The notes under the pieces: model-generated
What the model saw: only the letters and a program-made list of their open reading frames with translations
The model's database searches: none
What the model was told of the DNA's origin: nothing
Shown here: piece by piece, positions 13,040 to 27,690 of the stretch
Layout of the letters: each line of letters opens with the position of its first letter
Numbering within the stretch: position 1 is the first letter of the stretch
Program-made: the position numbers and the translations under genes
From: Azolla caroliniana
Taxonomy: Eukaryota; Plantae; Polypodiophyta
Direction: 5' to 3'
Length of the DNA: 64,000 bases
Assembly (NCBI GenBank): GCA_043228905.1
Contig: JBHGNT010000011.1
Coordinates: forward strand, 13,826,001-13,890,000

Positions 13040-14964
13040 GGCTGTTTCCTTCTTCTTCTTCTTCTTTCTTCTTCTTCTTCTTTCTTCTTTCTTCTTTCTT
13101 TTACATACATATTACATAGTAGAAAGGAGGCGTTCGTTTTGTTTGTTCTTTGTGTTGGGTCGTGACTATTATTGTTGTTGTTATTTGCATATGTATGTAC
13201 ATATGCCATAACACCCCTAGAGAAAGAGACTCTTTTTAGACTCTTTCTTAATACCCACAAAAACCCCAATGTCTCTTTTAACTACATATATGTATGTATG
13301 TGTGTAGTGTAGTGTATATGTCGTCGTGGTTCGTTGTGGTAGAAAGGAGTGTGGTGTATATGTAGTCTTGGTTCGTTGGTTGTAAGTAAAAGAAGAAATA
13401 GTAGTAGCCGTAGTACTCGTAGAAAGGATAGAAACAAGAGGAGATGGAGGAGGTATTCCCAATAAGGAGCCTCCTCGCACCTTGCCGTTGGCTTCTCTCA
13501 ATACCCATTTCGTTTCCAAACCACCTTTTGTATCCTCAAATGATTGCAAATGTATATATACATACACGTCTTCCAACCAATAAGTATTATCGCAATATTT
13601 CCATAGCTAGACTCGATGCTTGTTTTAGAGGAGAGTTTCTGAGAATAATACCTAAGAATAGCTATAAACAAGATTTGGTGTCCACAAAAAAAAGGTATTG
13701 ATAAAATGAAAATGGTTGTCTCGCCATCACCCTTGAGGCCAAAAAAGTAGGAAAGAGGAAAAGAAAATGCTCGTCAAATTGAACTATCTCAAGGGGTGAC
13801 ACATAATTTTTTCCTTCTTTTAGTTGGATGGTGGACCCCAATTGTAACTATGGAATTTCTGCTAGAACACCCTCCCCATAGGTATATTCTTTTCATGTGT
13901 GTCTTTTGAGAGCTTTCAAGGAAAACTAGAGATGCCTTCAATTAATAAAAACGTAAACTTTAGCGTTTGAAAATAGTTTGGACAAGCTAGAAACAAATGC
14001 ATACTTGATCTAACATAAAATCTTTGAATACAATGGGATCATTGTGAATCATGATTGGTCACACATCTAATGTTGGGAATCCAAAGTTCCACCCTTGACT
14101 TTTAAAAGAAGTAGGGTATTGTCCTTTCAAATCATGTTAAACAAACCTAAGTCAATAATCTTTATATGTAATATGGAGCTCATTCAACATAGTCATTTTA
14201 CCATACAAGTATTGCATAGTTCAAACAATGGGTAGAATTATTTGAATTATGTCTCATGTTTGAGTGATTACATTCTTCCCGTAGACTACAAACTAGAGTT
14301 TATCATATTGGTGCAACAAATTTCACATGAAATTTTCATTTCAAGTCTTGTAATAAAGTGACATCCCCATACAAGGATTCTTGTGTTTTGATTCATGTTT
14401 GATTCCCACGACAATACTAAGCTAAGTCCAAGTTGATTCAAAAAGTTGATTTCTATTGATGAATAATAATGGTGTAGATTAGGTTAGATGAATGAAGTAA
14501 GAAGAGATTAAACAAATGATTTCTTGCCCATGCTACTAAGATTCTATTAGTATTTTTTTTGCCATGATCATGTATACACAATGTAAAGAATACATATAAA
14601 CAACAACTCTAATTATGTACACCTTATGTGGACAAAATCATATAAGTTGCGTCAAACATAATATTAAACAAATAGTAGACACATAGTTCCATTTCTCATA
14701 GTTAAAAGTATAACATCTTTCTAATAACGGGATATTTATCATCTCTTTTTGTATAGATCCAATTTCACAAACACAACTATATGGAATGAATATCATATTA
14801 GTTCATCAATACATCGATGGTGCACTTCCAACTATGTATGCAAAACAAATAGCCAACAAGAAATTGTTTAAGTTACTAGGAATTTCGATAAGGAATCTAA
14901 GAAATATATTCCATTTTATCATAATCAATGCTAAGAAACAGAACATCATACATGTTCCAATCAA

Positions 14965-15300
14965 CAATCAGCAATGGTTCGATTCGGTTCGAGTGTGTCA
15001 AAACCAAACCGTTTTTAATTTTTTTGAAACAAGAACCGAACCGAACCACAAAACCATTTAAATCGAACCATTAGGTAAAACTCCAGACCATTAAACCATT
15101 AAAACCATAGTTTCATGGTTCGGTTTTGGTTTTCAACTTAGGTCAAATTTTAAATTTTTTCGAAATTGTAAAGATTTTTCCTAAAATATGATAATTAGGC
15201 TTTAAAATGAAAAGGTTGTTTAAAAAATATTTAAAATATTTAAAAACCATCAAATCGTTTAAACTGCGGGTTCAAACTGTTGCCGATTTCTGGTTCCAAT
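14965..15300. mobile_element. Possible hAT-like non-autonomous remnant (AACCG/CGGTT subterminal repeats)
   Basis: Clustered ttcggttc, aaccgaaccgaacc and ttcggtttt motifs in both orientations. No TSD was found. Confidence 0.3.
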
Positions 15301-16310
15301 GCAAAAAAGCCATGCACACATCAAATCTTCCTTATGCTGAAGACTTTTTTTCATCAGTAATATTTTAAATATGAAACATTTAGATGGCTTTTCGTCAACA
15401 AGTTAGCAACCAGAATACATTTGAATGAAGTAGAACCGAATTTCTTTATCCATCTCAAGCACTCAAATAGCAAAAGGTAAACAGATATAACCTCTAAATG
15501 TAATATTGGCCTCACATCCAAAATCAATGTCCCATCACAAAACTAATGGTAAAATCAATCATAAGAAAATTTGAAATAAGAACATTCACATTCTTGTGTT
15601 GCTGTATTAGAGACAAGTAGTTAGCCAAACTAATTGGATTTCTTTAAGTATGCTTTAGGGAGGAAGTCATACGTACATGAGATCGAGACGATGATGATCA
15701 AGATCTGTTATGGTCCTCTGGAAGCCAGTAGCATGACCTATGGAGCCGTAAATGTTTTACAAAATGTTTCCTCTATCAGATTGATTAAAGGAAAAAAGGG
15801 CCATTTCAATGATATGGATAACGTTTTTCTAAACAATAATCATGAATACTTCACAGGTGTGCCTCAATATCAATGTGCAGTACACACACACACACAACAG
15901 TTTTACTCTATTGAAAAATAGGCTCCACTTGTCTATGTCTTATTCTTTTGTCAAAAATAAGCTTCTCTTTGTAATCACTTGAAGACTCTATCATGGAAAT
16001 GCAGCAAACTTGGATGTCAACATGAAAAATGACTATTCCTTAGCTCATCAATGTGACTACATAGAAGAACCTGATATGCTGAAAATCCACAAGCTCTTTC
16101 CTCCTGAGATTACACTAAGAGGACCATTTAGATTTTTCAATGTATACATTACACATAGCACCACAATTTATAGCTGCAAATGCTATCTATGAAAATTTTG
16201 ATGGGAAAAGTTCCTGCCTAAACTGAGATAATACTAGAAACTGCGAAGAATGTATTGCAGTTGCTTTGAAGAAGTTCAAGCCAAAGATCACCTGGCTGTG
16301 GAAAGCTGTT

Positions 16311-19300
16311 TCAGGGTTGATCATTAACTACTGGTTTTGGAATCTTCTTGTACTCAAAAGAGTTAATATCCATTTTTTCTTGCATTGCCTGTTATCATAA
16401 AATATGATCAGTACCTTCCTAATGCGCACACACATACAGCTGAAACATCTACAACTATCAAATATACAAACCTATTTACAAAACTTAAATTTTTATAACT
16501 GCCAGCATCCAACAACCAGGAAATGGAGTTACAATCTCCACTGCAATTCAGGCTGATATTCATCTAGACCAAACTACAAGGTCTTGATCATGACAACGCT
16601 CCCTTACATCAATTCAGCATTGAGTCCCCACTTATGAAATTAATATGACATCATAGTTGCATTGTAACACGTTCACAATAGGTCTACACCTGCTGCACTG
16701 AAGTTTCCTTCAAGTCAGTGAAAATAAATTCATCCCTTGGGTACTTCGCAATGAAGTTCCAATTTCTTTTTTCTTTTTTCTTTTTTATTATCCACTCTGT
16801 TTAACTATTAATGTTAGAAAACCATCCATGAAGGTTGCATGATCATTGCTAATCAATTGCTTTCTAGTGAGTAGGAATGAGATAGAGATAAATGTACTAG
16901 ATAATGCGACCCTTGCCTCACACTTCGACCAATGTACTCCTCTATGCTCTATATTTCACTAACATATAATCCAGTAAGTATTGGCGGGAAAGTGCAGCAA
17001 CCTTTTTAATCCCATTGCAAGGCCATCTCATGGAAGCAATTCATAAGGTTCTCCCACTCTACGTATATAATATCTAGCTCATACAATGTTATGATTCCCC
17101 ATAAAATATATGCCCAAAATCTAATCAGTGGTACAATCTTTGAGCAAATCTAGCTCACAGCATTGTATCAAATGTTTTCTGCAAATTCACGAAGCACTGC
17201 CAAATTCACTTTCCCATATCTGCAATGATGGCCCAATTGTAAACATGTAATCTGATGAAGAGAAACTACTCTTCAATATTGCTTAGATTCTAAAACCCTT
17301 TTTGGTTCTCATCCTAGATAAGAGCATGTGCACTAGGATAGACCCATACAACCAAAGCATGATAATTATGTGGTTTCCTAGTATCAAGAGGTCCTTGAGG
17401 GCAACTGACATATCAAATAGCTAAATGTCAGTAGTTTGTGGAATTAAATTTCTCATATATGACCTTTGAATGTGTTTGGCTCCTAGCTTTCAATACGTTT
17501 GGCACTTCATAGTGCAGCTCTTGACTATTTTACAGTTTCTTTATAATAATGACTTTTCTTTTTTAAAAAGGGCCTTTTATGGTAGATATAAAATTGATGC
17601 TTTGTTCAAGTGATCAGCAACATGAATTTCGCCCATCTTGAAGTTTATATACAAGAAGGATATGCAAATGTAACAAAAAAAAAACATTTATTAGGAATAC
17701 AATGAGATGAAAATTCGCAATAACAATTATGATGAGCCAACCCAAATGGCCATTATAACTTCTTGTTTAGCACCTGTGAAAGAAAATATTAATAGCCATA
17801 TATTGGTGACTTATCTTGAGCCTTGATCATAGTGCATAACATTGCTACTTACAACTATTGTCCATAGAGTTAAATCTCTTTTGCAAACAATATACTAGTG
17901 GTTAAAGAGAACATAACCTAAAAGAATTTTGTTGTTGAGTCGTGATTGAGTAGTTTTAAGAACATGGATGTTTTTGTTGGGAAATATATAGCACATCTTT
18001 TACAAGGTGTAATGAGATTTTAATAGATTGTCAAGGTACTTCTACAGGCTATACTCAAATCAAGAATCTTCATGGGAACATATGCTTTTTAAAAACCAAT
18101 ATCTCTTTCATTTTATGCTTAGTATTCTGTGCACAAATGCATCAACAAACAAAAAGGTGGCATGATTCCATTTGTTAAAGAAATATGATTTTTTCAACAT
18201 CCAACTAAAAAGGGATGCCTTCTGATTATGGTAATACGCAGCAAGTTACATAGGCAGAGATATGTCACCCTCCTATAGAGTTACCTAGTTTATTTTTGCT
18301 ACTTTGCTCATGTCTCCAACAGAATTGGGTCTGCATTTTTCTCCTATGATTGAAGTTTGAATTCAGACCAGTAAAGAGTAGATTATTCATCTGCTAAGTC
18401 ACACAAAGGAATAGAGCAAATTCAACAATGCCTTTATACTTGCTCTTGTTGGTTCCATTTCTCACATGATAGAAAACAATGCCACTAATGATCTTCTATC
18501 GGTAGGTGACATAGAACATGCATGGGAGGGTGAAATATCTTTTTACCCAATAGAACACACATGATCTTCTATTTCATCGATAAATTATTATATAGGGTGC
18601 TTTCAAAGTGCAATCTCTGAAAATACGCAACCAGTATCATGACCTTTAACGCGAAATTATCTGATATGTAATGCATAATCCCCCATCTATAAAACCAATA
18701 TAATTCCAACAATATCAAATTTTCTATCAGATAAAGAGATGTGCTCTCTCAGTAAAGAGTGGGATAAAAGTATTTACTTGAAGCAGCAAATTCTGGCATT
18801 CTGACAAAGCATTTTTTTCAGAATCCGAATTGAGCTCCACTTCTTATTAAGAATTGCATACAAAGTTTGTTCACACAATTTTACTTATCATTGAAGTGTA
18901 TGAGAGAGAGTGAGAGAGACTTTGGGACTAACCTTCAATTCCTCTTCTAAATTAATCTTCTTATTCTTTCTTTGTATGTTATTGCCTACTGGACCCTCAC
19001 GGGTCAGGCCATCTGTATCCTTTATCCTCTCCCAACCCTGCTCATCTAACACAGAAGCCACATCTCTCCTGCGATCATCATAACGATAAAATAAGCATTT
19101 TGCATGATCATGTATCTCAATACAATGCCAATTTTTTCTTTTGTTTTTTAACCTTTCAAAGAAAACTAGAGATTTCCATATCAAGAACATGATCATAAAT
19201 GAAAACTAAAATCAGAACTCAAAGAAGACAAGCTACTTTTACAAATACATAACCGTATTCCTGTTTTCTTTTCCTTGTAATGATGAGTCGCAGTATCAAG

Positions 19301-19632
19301 AAGATGAGAATAAAACTCCAAGGCTTAAAACAAGACCTAAGTATATATGCTAAGACAATTAATTTAGAAATACCTAACCATGATTTGTTGGTTTTTCATT
19401 CCTTTGGTTAATAAATTGGAGACTTGAATGAATCACAGAATCAAACTAATGAAGTAAGATGAATGGTGGAAATCTTAGAAAAAAAACGAAAAGTTTTTCC
19501 TAAAAGATACCTGCCTTGATGAAGATGACCGATGCCAAGGAAACCCACAACAGTTAAGCTCACCAGGGGTAGCCCGAACTGCAGGAAAGGACTGGATCGA
19601 CCAACTCTCCTGTATCCTGTGGCGATCTTCAT
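16311..19632 (-). CDS. COX16: Cytochrome c oxidase assembly protein COX16, 3 exons, 111 aa
   Basis: Exons 19632-19511, 19068-18933, 16388-16311 (GT-AG, in phase). The protein PFLQFGLPLVSLTVVGFLGIGHLHQG...[24 protein letters not shown] matches plant COX16. Confidence 0.92.
16830..17450 (-). mobile_element. Highly decayed LINE reverse-transcriptase remnant in COX16 intron 2
   Basis: Minus strand 17199-17161 gives CFVNLQKTFDTM (cf. CFVDFKKAFD). About 17017-16960 resembles a frameshifted GVKQGCPLSP..GLY motif. Boundaries are approximate. Confidence 0.5.
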
Positions 19633-20406
19633 GCTCTCTCTGATTTCATGGGAGATTATGTCGGTGTCATAGTCATAAATAATATAATCATCATCTTCTT
19701 ATGGCGATTTTGCATATTCTCCCGAATACCCCTCATATTTTCCAGAAAATACCCCTCCTATATTCTCCAGAAATACCCCCTCCCTCCCTCTCCATGGCTT
19801 ACCAACAAAATCGCCATGAAAACTCCCATGGTGCTTATTAGGGTTTCATATGTGCATTAATCGATCATCTGTTACGGTATGAACCATACGTACCATACAT
19901 GCATTCGCATTCGCCAATGGTTCAAACATTCACGAAAGAAAACACCCTCAAAGAATGATCAATACCATACTTTTGGATTAACTATTTATTATGAGGTAGA
20001 TAAGCCTAAAAATGGAAAAGAAAACATTAAAAAATGGAAAAAAAAAAACACAAGAATGTTTGAATAACATTCGCATTCGTTTTCCAACGTAGGAAAACGA
20101 ATGTTATACTAGACGAACACGAATTTTACGTACTATGAAACAAGCCATTTGAGAGAAGAATATTGTATTGATGTATCTAAAAAAGCGAATGTGGCCTATA
20201 ATACCAAAACAATTATGTGTAAAGCTAGCTTGTTCAAATGTTGAGCGGTAAGCTTGCCCATGTTGACCCATCTCACAACTTCCTTGAAATACCTCCTCTC
20301 AATTGTACTCTTGTCCTTTAGGACTCTTGGCTCAAATCTTTGTGTTTTTCATGTGTCAATGGCCAAAGACGATAAAAAAATACTAGATTGAGAAAAGAAA
20401 GATTAT

Positions 20407-23400
20407 TGTTGAGCGGCAAGCTCAATTGGATCTGGATTGGTTGAATAAGCCTGAGCTGGATTGGCATTCGGAAGGCTGAGCCGGATCGGTGAGCCGGTGT
20501 GCTGGGGAGCTGGTTAGCTGGATCAAGCAGTAACCGAAAGCCAAGTAGCAACTAGTCTACTAGGGAGTTAATATCTCGTAGTTAGTGTCAGACACTCGTG
20601 TGAGCATTGAAGTACATTGTACTTCTGTCAGTCCGTATGGACTTGTATAAAAGTGTTCACTAAACACATACGATGTACAAACTGAGTAATATTTGAATTG
20701 AGGTTTTTGTGTTCTCACTCTCTCTGTCTCTAACGCGTACTGTGTATACTCTAAGCTCTCCATTAAACCTGCGTTTTCTGTTTTCGGTTTTCCATTGCTT
20801 CCGCACACTATTCTTTCACATGGTATCAGAGCAAGAGGGTTGAGAACCTCTGCGTCCAACATAGCTTGAAAGGAAAACCTTCGTAAAGAACAGGAAAAGC
20901 AAAATGGACAGAGGAATGGCTAGCTCGCTCCCGGTGGAGAAGCTCGACAGAACCAACTACGCATCTTGGTCTTACAAGATGCACCAGTACCTGCTTGGGC
21001 ATGGGTACTGGAACTATGTCAACGGAGCTAACGACACAACACCTGATGCGGCACACAAGGACTTCCCAATGTGGGAACAAGCGGCAAGCAGAGTGATGTA
21101 CTGCTTCGCGTCCAGTGTTGGAGACCAGCTGCTAAGCCATATCCAAGATGCCAAGATGCCAAAAGAAGCTTGGAGAAACCTGAAGAAGGTTTTCGCCGCA
21201 AGCACAATGGCCAGGAAGCTGCAGCTCAGTTAGGAGCTCAGCAATGTGCGATAGAAAAATCTGTCTATGGCCGATTACACGGTCTAAATCAAGGAAATTT
21301 GTGACTCACTCGCCTCCGTCAATGTAAACGTTGAGGAGGATGAGATGGTGCAAGTGTGCCTTGGTGGGCTAGCGTCTAGGTTCGGAGCTTTCCGAGCGGC
21401 GGTTTGTACAAGGGGGAATACGCCGTCATTTTTCGACTTATAGTCGATGCTCCTTGTAGACGAGAACCACATCAGTGCGTCAACAAGTGCACCCACCGAC
21501 AGCTGGATGTTGTACATAGAGGCGGATCGCCCCCATGGGCGTGGTGGATGAGGCGGGTCAGCTCGCAATGGTAGCGGCCGGCAAGAGCAGGACCGAAGGC
21601 ACAGAGAGCGTGCCGACAACAGTTCCGGACCCTCCACAAGCACGGGGAGTCAAGGCGGCGCCGGAGGACGGCAAGCAAAAGCTGACATGGAATGCTAGTA
21701 TTGTGGTAAAAAAAGGCCACAGAGAAAGCGAGTGTTGGAAGAAGCGCGCCGATTCGGACAGATCCGGATCCGGCAAGGCTAGCAGAGAGAACTGGCAATA
21801 CTCGCACTACGTAGAAGGATCGGGAGGATCCAAAACCGGAAAAGCCGGTAAAGGGCCAGCCTTGGTGATGAAACACGAGGCTAACTCGATGAAGAAGACC
21901 GCTTCTGAATCAGAGGAAGTGTGGTACGTTGATTTCGGTGTGTCGAATCACATGACGAGCCACAAAGAGTGGTTCTCCTTCTTGGAGAAACCGGAACAAC
22001 CGGGAGTCGTCGAAACCAAAGATGACACTCCTCACCCAATCGTGCATGTCGGACAAAAGGGGAAGTTGACGAACGTGTTACACATTTCGACCATCACAAA
22101 GAACCTAGTGTCGGTTGGACAGATTGTCGACCAAGGGATGTAGGTGCGGTTTACGCACCTCGGGTGCTTCATCGAAGAAGAGGGCCAAATCATTGCACAA
22201 GGGCGCAGAGACGGGAGGATGTTTATCCTCAACACCAATGACGTCGGCACCACGTTGTTCGCCAAAGGATAGAAGATTGAATCGGATATTGATCTTTGGC
22301 ACAAGCGGATCGGCCACATCAATTACCGGCAGCTTCAAGACTTGCAAATGAAACAAGTTGTTTTCGGTTTGCCGAAGTTTAGTGGCCGGAAGGCCCATGT
22401 ATGTGAAGCCTACCAACTTGGGAAGCAACACCGGCTTCCATTCCCCACCGAACAAAACCGTAGCCGTAACAAACAAGGTCAACCTTATTCATTTGGATGT
22501 ATGCGGACCGACACAGAACATTAGTCTTGGCGGGAGTCGGTATTTCGTCTCTTTCATTGACGACTATAGCCGGAACACATGGATCTACCTCATCGAACGG
22601 AACAGTGAAGTCTTCGAGTGTTTCCGAAACCTGCAAAGCCTGGTTGAACGGGAAACTGAGAGGAAGATCAAGTGCCTGCGGTCGGATGGCAGAAAAGAGT
22701 ACTTTTCCTGTCAATTCAACGGGTATCTGCAACAAATGGGAATTTGGCGCAAATTCAGTTGCAGATATACGCCGGAGCAAAACGGCGTGGGCGAAAGGAA
22801 AAATCGGTCGATTGTGGACGCGACAAAGGCAATGCTAGAGGAGAAGAGCATGCCCCATTTTTACTAGGCGGAGGTGGTTCGGACGACCATCTACATCCAA
22901 AACTGGATCGGCGACAAGGTGTCCACGCATGAGCTGTATTTCGAGTGCAAGCCGAATTTGAGACACCTTTGGATATTCGGTAGCATTGCATATATGCATG
23001 TGCCGAATGAAAAGCGGAGGAAGTTGGATGCAAAGTCGGAGAAGTGCATCTTAGTCGGTTACTCACATGAGCAAAAGGGGTATAAGTGTTATAACCCCCG
23101 GACGAAGCAGGTCCGAGTTAGCCGGGATGTTGAGTTTGATGAGACGGCATCATGGTATGCCTTACCGACTCCGACTTCCGACCCTGACCCGATACCGGAG
23201 GATGAGGCTAGTGAGCCTAAACCGGCCCAGATAGAAGATGAAGAGCTCGACACTCTAGAAGAGAGTCCGATCTCATTTCTGTTAAGTGGACCGAATGAGC
23301 GGCTGAGTCAGGATGACTAGTCGGATGAGGAATCGGCGAGTAGTGGAGACTCTGTCATGCTCTCGCCGCGCAAGGAACTGAGGAGACGGTTCACGCGCAA

Positions 23401-26230
23401 AGAGAAGGGGAAGAAGAAGATGTCGGAATACGAAACCGGCAACGTTGAGTCGGATCAGAGCAAGTCCAACTCCAGAAAGGATGAAGGCAGAACTCCGGGA
23501 ACGAAGTCCAACCTGGCCAAGAAGGGCCCCAAACCGGGTACTACCAAGTTATGTCGGTCTTCCCACCAGAAGAACCTTGTGACGCGGTACGGGTACAATG
23601 AGTACATTGCACATCACTATGCGTACATGACCAAGGTGGCGGAAGTGCGTGAGCCGGAGAGCTATGCAGAAGCGGCAAAGGACGCGAATTGGCGTGCCAC
23701 TATGGAGGAAGAAATGCGGGCACTTGATGCCAACGACACATGGGACCTAGTTGACCCTCCCTGACACTCTAAACCGATCGGATGTAAGTGGGTGTACAAG
23801 GTAAAGTACAATACCGACGGTTCGGTTAATCGGTACAAGGCCCGGTTAGTGGCGAAGGGATATGTGCAGACCTACGGAATCGATTACGATGAGACCTTCG
23901 CTCCAGTAGCGAAGATGACGCCGGTTCGTGTGGTTCTCGCAGTTGCTGCGGCAAGGGAGTGGCATCTTCACCAGATGGACGTGAAGAATGCATTTCTTCA
24001 AGGAGATCTTGAAGAAGAGGTCTTTATAACTCAACCTCCCGGTTTCCAGACTGAGATGAACAAGTCAGCGGTATGCCGACTGAAGAAGTCACTTTATGGC
24101 CTAAAGCAAGCCCCCCAGCTTGGAATGCGAAGATCACGCACCATTTGTGTAAGATGGGGTTTGCAGCCTCCAAGTCTGACTCTTCGTTGTTCATCTGGCA
24201 AGGTCCGAACGGTCTGGTTTCCATCTTGTTGTATGTTGATGATCTAGTCATCACCGGACCCGGACTCGATGAAATCAGCCGAGTCAAGTCCCAACTGTCG
24301 GAAGCATTTGAGATGAAGGATCTGGGGGACCTTCACTACTTCCTTGGGATCGAGGTGATCCGAAACCTCGACGGCATACTACTCTGACAAAGACACTGTG
24401 TATCGAGTATGCTATACAAGTTCGGCATGATAGAATGCTGACCGATCTCCACACCCTTGGACTGGAACCAGAAGCTTTGTCCCGACTCCAGACCAGCCTG
24501 TGATGAGAAACGGTTCCGACAAATTGTCGGAAGCCTTATATATCTAACAATCACCCGACCTGGACATCAATTATCTGGTCGGCGTGATCAGCCAATATAT
24601 GCAGAAGCCAACCGTGGAGCACCTTCTATGCACGCATCGAATTTTGCAATATGTGAGCGGCACGAAGGAACGGGGACTGTTATACTGGCATGGTATAACC
24701 GAAGAGCTAGTCAGCTACACTGATGCCGATTGGGCCGGCGATGCATCGGATCGCCGATCCACCTCCGGCTATATGTTTTCCCTTGGTAGCGCGGTTGTTG
24801 CATGGAGTAGCAAAAAGCAGCCAACAATGGCCCTTTTGAGCACTGAGACTAAGTATCGGGACGCTACCGTCGCCACCTGTGAAGCCATTTGGCTTCGGCG
24901 ACTGCTACAAGACCTACAGATCGAGGTACCGACCCCGATCCTGATCTATTGCGACAATATGAGCAGCATGCAGCTTGCCAAGAACCCTGCGTTACATGCT
25001 CGCACAAAGCACATAGAAGTGCATTATCACTTCGTGCATGAGCGGGTCCTGAGCAATGAAGTAGAACTTTGGTATGTTCAGACGGATCGGTAGGTTGCCG
25101 ACATCTTCACCAAACCGCTAGGATCGGACAAGTTGTAGCACTTCACCGAAATGCTTGGTGTTCAACATCTCGACGTGCCGCACTTGAAGGGGAGAAAGGG
25201 TAGCAAAGGCACCAGAATGGGCAAAGGCAAAGAAACTGTTGTTGGCACCGGCGAGGGAAGAACCGGAAGAGGGGGAGACAAGAAGAAAAAGGAAGTCGAG
25301 TCGACGAAGGAAGTCGGCACATTCGAACAAGTCAAAACGAGCGGCTGCGGCGGCAGAGTCAAGAAGGACAGAGCTGACTGGAAGAAGAAGGCCAAGACTC
25401 GGACATGGTCCGATGTGGTGAAGGGCTTGGAACCAGAAAATGAATCGGTAGCAACCGATTCAGACAAGAGTTGGAACGAATCGGAGACACCTGATTCGGT
25501 TCAACAAATGGATTCGGAAGAATCGGATCAATTCAAGGCCAAGAGGACGAGATGGCAGCAAAAGTCGATGCCAACACAAAGGAATCGGCGGGTCGACAAG
25601 TGTCGAAGTCACAACAGCGAGGGAGCTGATTTGGGCCTGTTGAGCAGACAAGCTGACCGAGGAGGTCGAGATGCGTAGAAACAGAAGGGTCGCGGCAAAC
25701 GAGACCAGACCAGAAGAGGAGCGCGAGCAAGGCAGAGTGACGCCAGAAGGAGCCGGGTGGAAGGGTCGGCTGCCATGGAGACTAACACTACGATCCGACC
25801 TCAAGTTGAGCTTGAGGGGGAGTGTTGAGCGGCAAGCTCAACCGGATCCGGATCGGCTGAATAAGCCTGAGCCGGATCGGCATCCGGAAGGATGAGCCAG
25901 ATCGATGAGTCGGGGAGCTGGTTAGCTAGATCAAGCAGTAACCGGAAGCCAAGTAGCAGCTAGTCTACTAGGGAGTTAATATCTCGTAGTTAGTGTAAGA
26001 CACTCGTGTGAGCATTGAAGTACATCGTACTTCTATCAGTCTGTATGGACTTGTATAAAAGTGATCACTAAACACATACAATGTACAGACTGAGTAATAT
26101 TTTGAATTGAGGTTTCTGTGTTCTCACTCTCTCTATCTCTAACGCATACTGTGTAATACTCTAAGCTCTCCATTAAACCTGTGTTTTCTGTTTTCGGTTT
26201 TCCATTGCTTTCGCACGCTATTCTTTCACA
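20407..26230 (+). mobile_element. Full-length decayed Ty1/Copia LTR retrotransposon (5824 bp)
   Basis: LTRs 20407-20820 and 25823-26230 (TG...CA), 5-bp TSD ATTAT, PBS TGGTATCAGAGC (tRNA-iMet) at 20821-20832, PPT at 25814-25822. Order is gag, zinc knuckle, protease (WYVDFGVSNHMT), integrase, RT ([22 protein letters not shown]), RNase H (YTDADWAG, RTKHIEV). Many stops and frameshifts. Confidence 0.97.
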
Positions 26231-26907
26231 ATTATGAATTAGAAAGACAATAGCAACACAATTTATATGCCAAAATCTAACATTGAACCATACTAATTTG
26301 GCAATTGAGATGTTCTTAATTTATGACTCCTAGTCTTTTATGGCTTCCACCTTGTCATGATGCATGCTTGCCACTTGAAGTGATGCACCCAAGAATGTGC
26401 ACGCCCTTGGGTCGAGGGGATGTTATGGACATGTACATTTCACCATATAAGTGTCACAAACGTTTGAAATGGGTAAAGAAAGAAAGCACATGGAGTATTT
26501 ATATATTGTGCTAAGGGCCTTGTGTGAACATAATGTGAAATTAGTGTCACATAAGTGCAAGTGTGTGTGCTACTCGAGCACGACCACATGAGACTTGAAC
26601 AAGGGAGGATGTGATGTCGTGTGAGAAGATTCTTTAGACCACCTTGTAGATCTCCTTGTATTAGTCCCCTCTTATATTATTAGTTCTCGAAGATTGAGAT
26701 GAGGAGAAGGCTCCAACCGATGAACGCTCAAGGAGGCAAAGATTCAACCTCCATGACTTGCCTTCTTTCTTCTCTCTCTTCCACGAAGGTTTGGGAGCGA
26801 TTAGCACATGGGATTGAGCTTAATACATTTGATGCACATGCGTACACAAGATTAAGGCTCCAACGGGCTAGTGCTCAAGGAGTTGAATGTTCCTATTAGG
26901 GGGAGGA

Positions 26908-27690
26908 TGTCGTGACGTTTTCACGCCACAATAAGAAAATAACCTCTACCAAATTATACGAACTAATTCAAATATTTGTAAATGGTTGTTTAGTTAAACG
27001 ATAGCTAATAACTTGATAAGAACCAATCACCATAGGATGATAATATTATGTGTAAATAGCTAGTTGAATCATATACTGAGTAAAATATTTAAAAGCTAAA
27101 CATCTATTCAAAGCACACTTTGCTATTATCATTATCAAGTATTTTAGCTATTCAAGGTATTACCCACTTTTAAAGCTAAATACCCATTATCAACACATTT
27201 TGCTATTATCACTATCAAGTATTTTAGCTCTTAAAGCTACTACCCTCTTTTAAAGTTAAATACCTATTCAAAGCACATTTTGCTATTATCACTATTAGGT
27301 ATTTTAGCAATTAAAGCTATTACCCACTAATGTAGGTGCCTCTTATGCATGGGTGACACTTGGCACTCATGCACCCACATTCCTTATGCATGGATGATTC
27401 TTGGCACTCATGCACCCACCTTCCTCATGCATGGGTGACGCTTGACACTCATGCACCCTCCTTCCTCGTGTATAAAAAGGGGGTGTGTAATCCTATCAAG
27501 GGGAAAATAAAAATATAGACATGAAATACTATTGTAATCAAATAGGCAAGAAATACTATTGTAATAATTTTGGAATTATCAATACAAGCTATTTCGTTTC
27601 TTCTCTTTCTTTGACAAGAAGCCCAATGCTTACTTCCCAAACTCACTACTTTCTTTTGTGTTGCACACGTATGTTTTGACCAACATCACA
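26908..27690 (+). mobile_element. Probable orphan LTR with internal tandem repeats, within LTR debris at ~26300-27850
   Basis: A purine tract AGGGGGAGGA directly precedes TGTCGTGA (same start as the 29624 LTR) and the segment ends ...CATCACA. TATAAAA at 27471. Three ~80-bp repeats (27091-27325) and three ~38-bp repeats (27345-27465). No TSD or PBS found. Confidence 0.45.

Noticed and set aside
27091-27465. CRISPR-like repeat array
   Set aside because: Units are contiguous degenerate tandem repeats without unique spacers, in eukaryotic LTR context with no cas genes.
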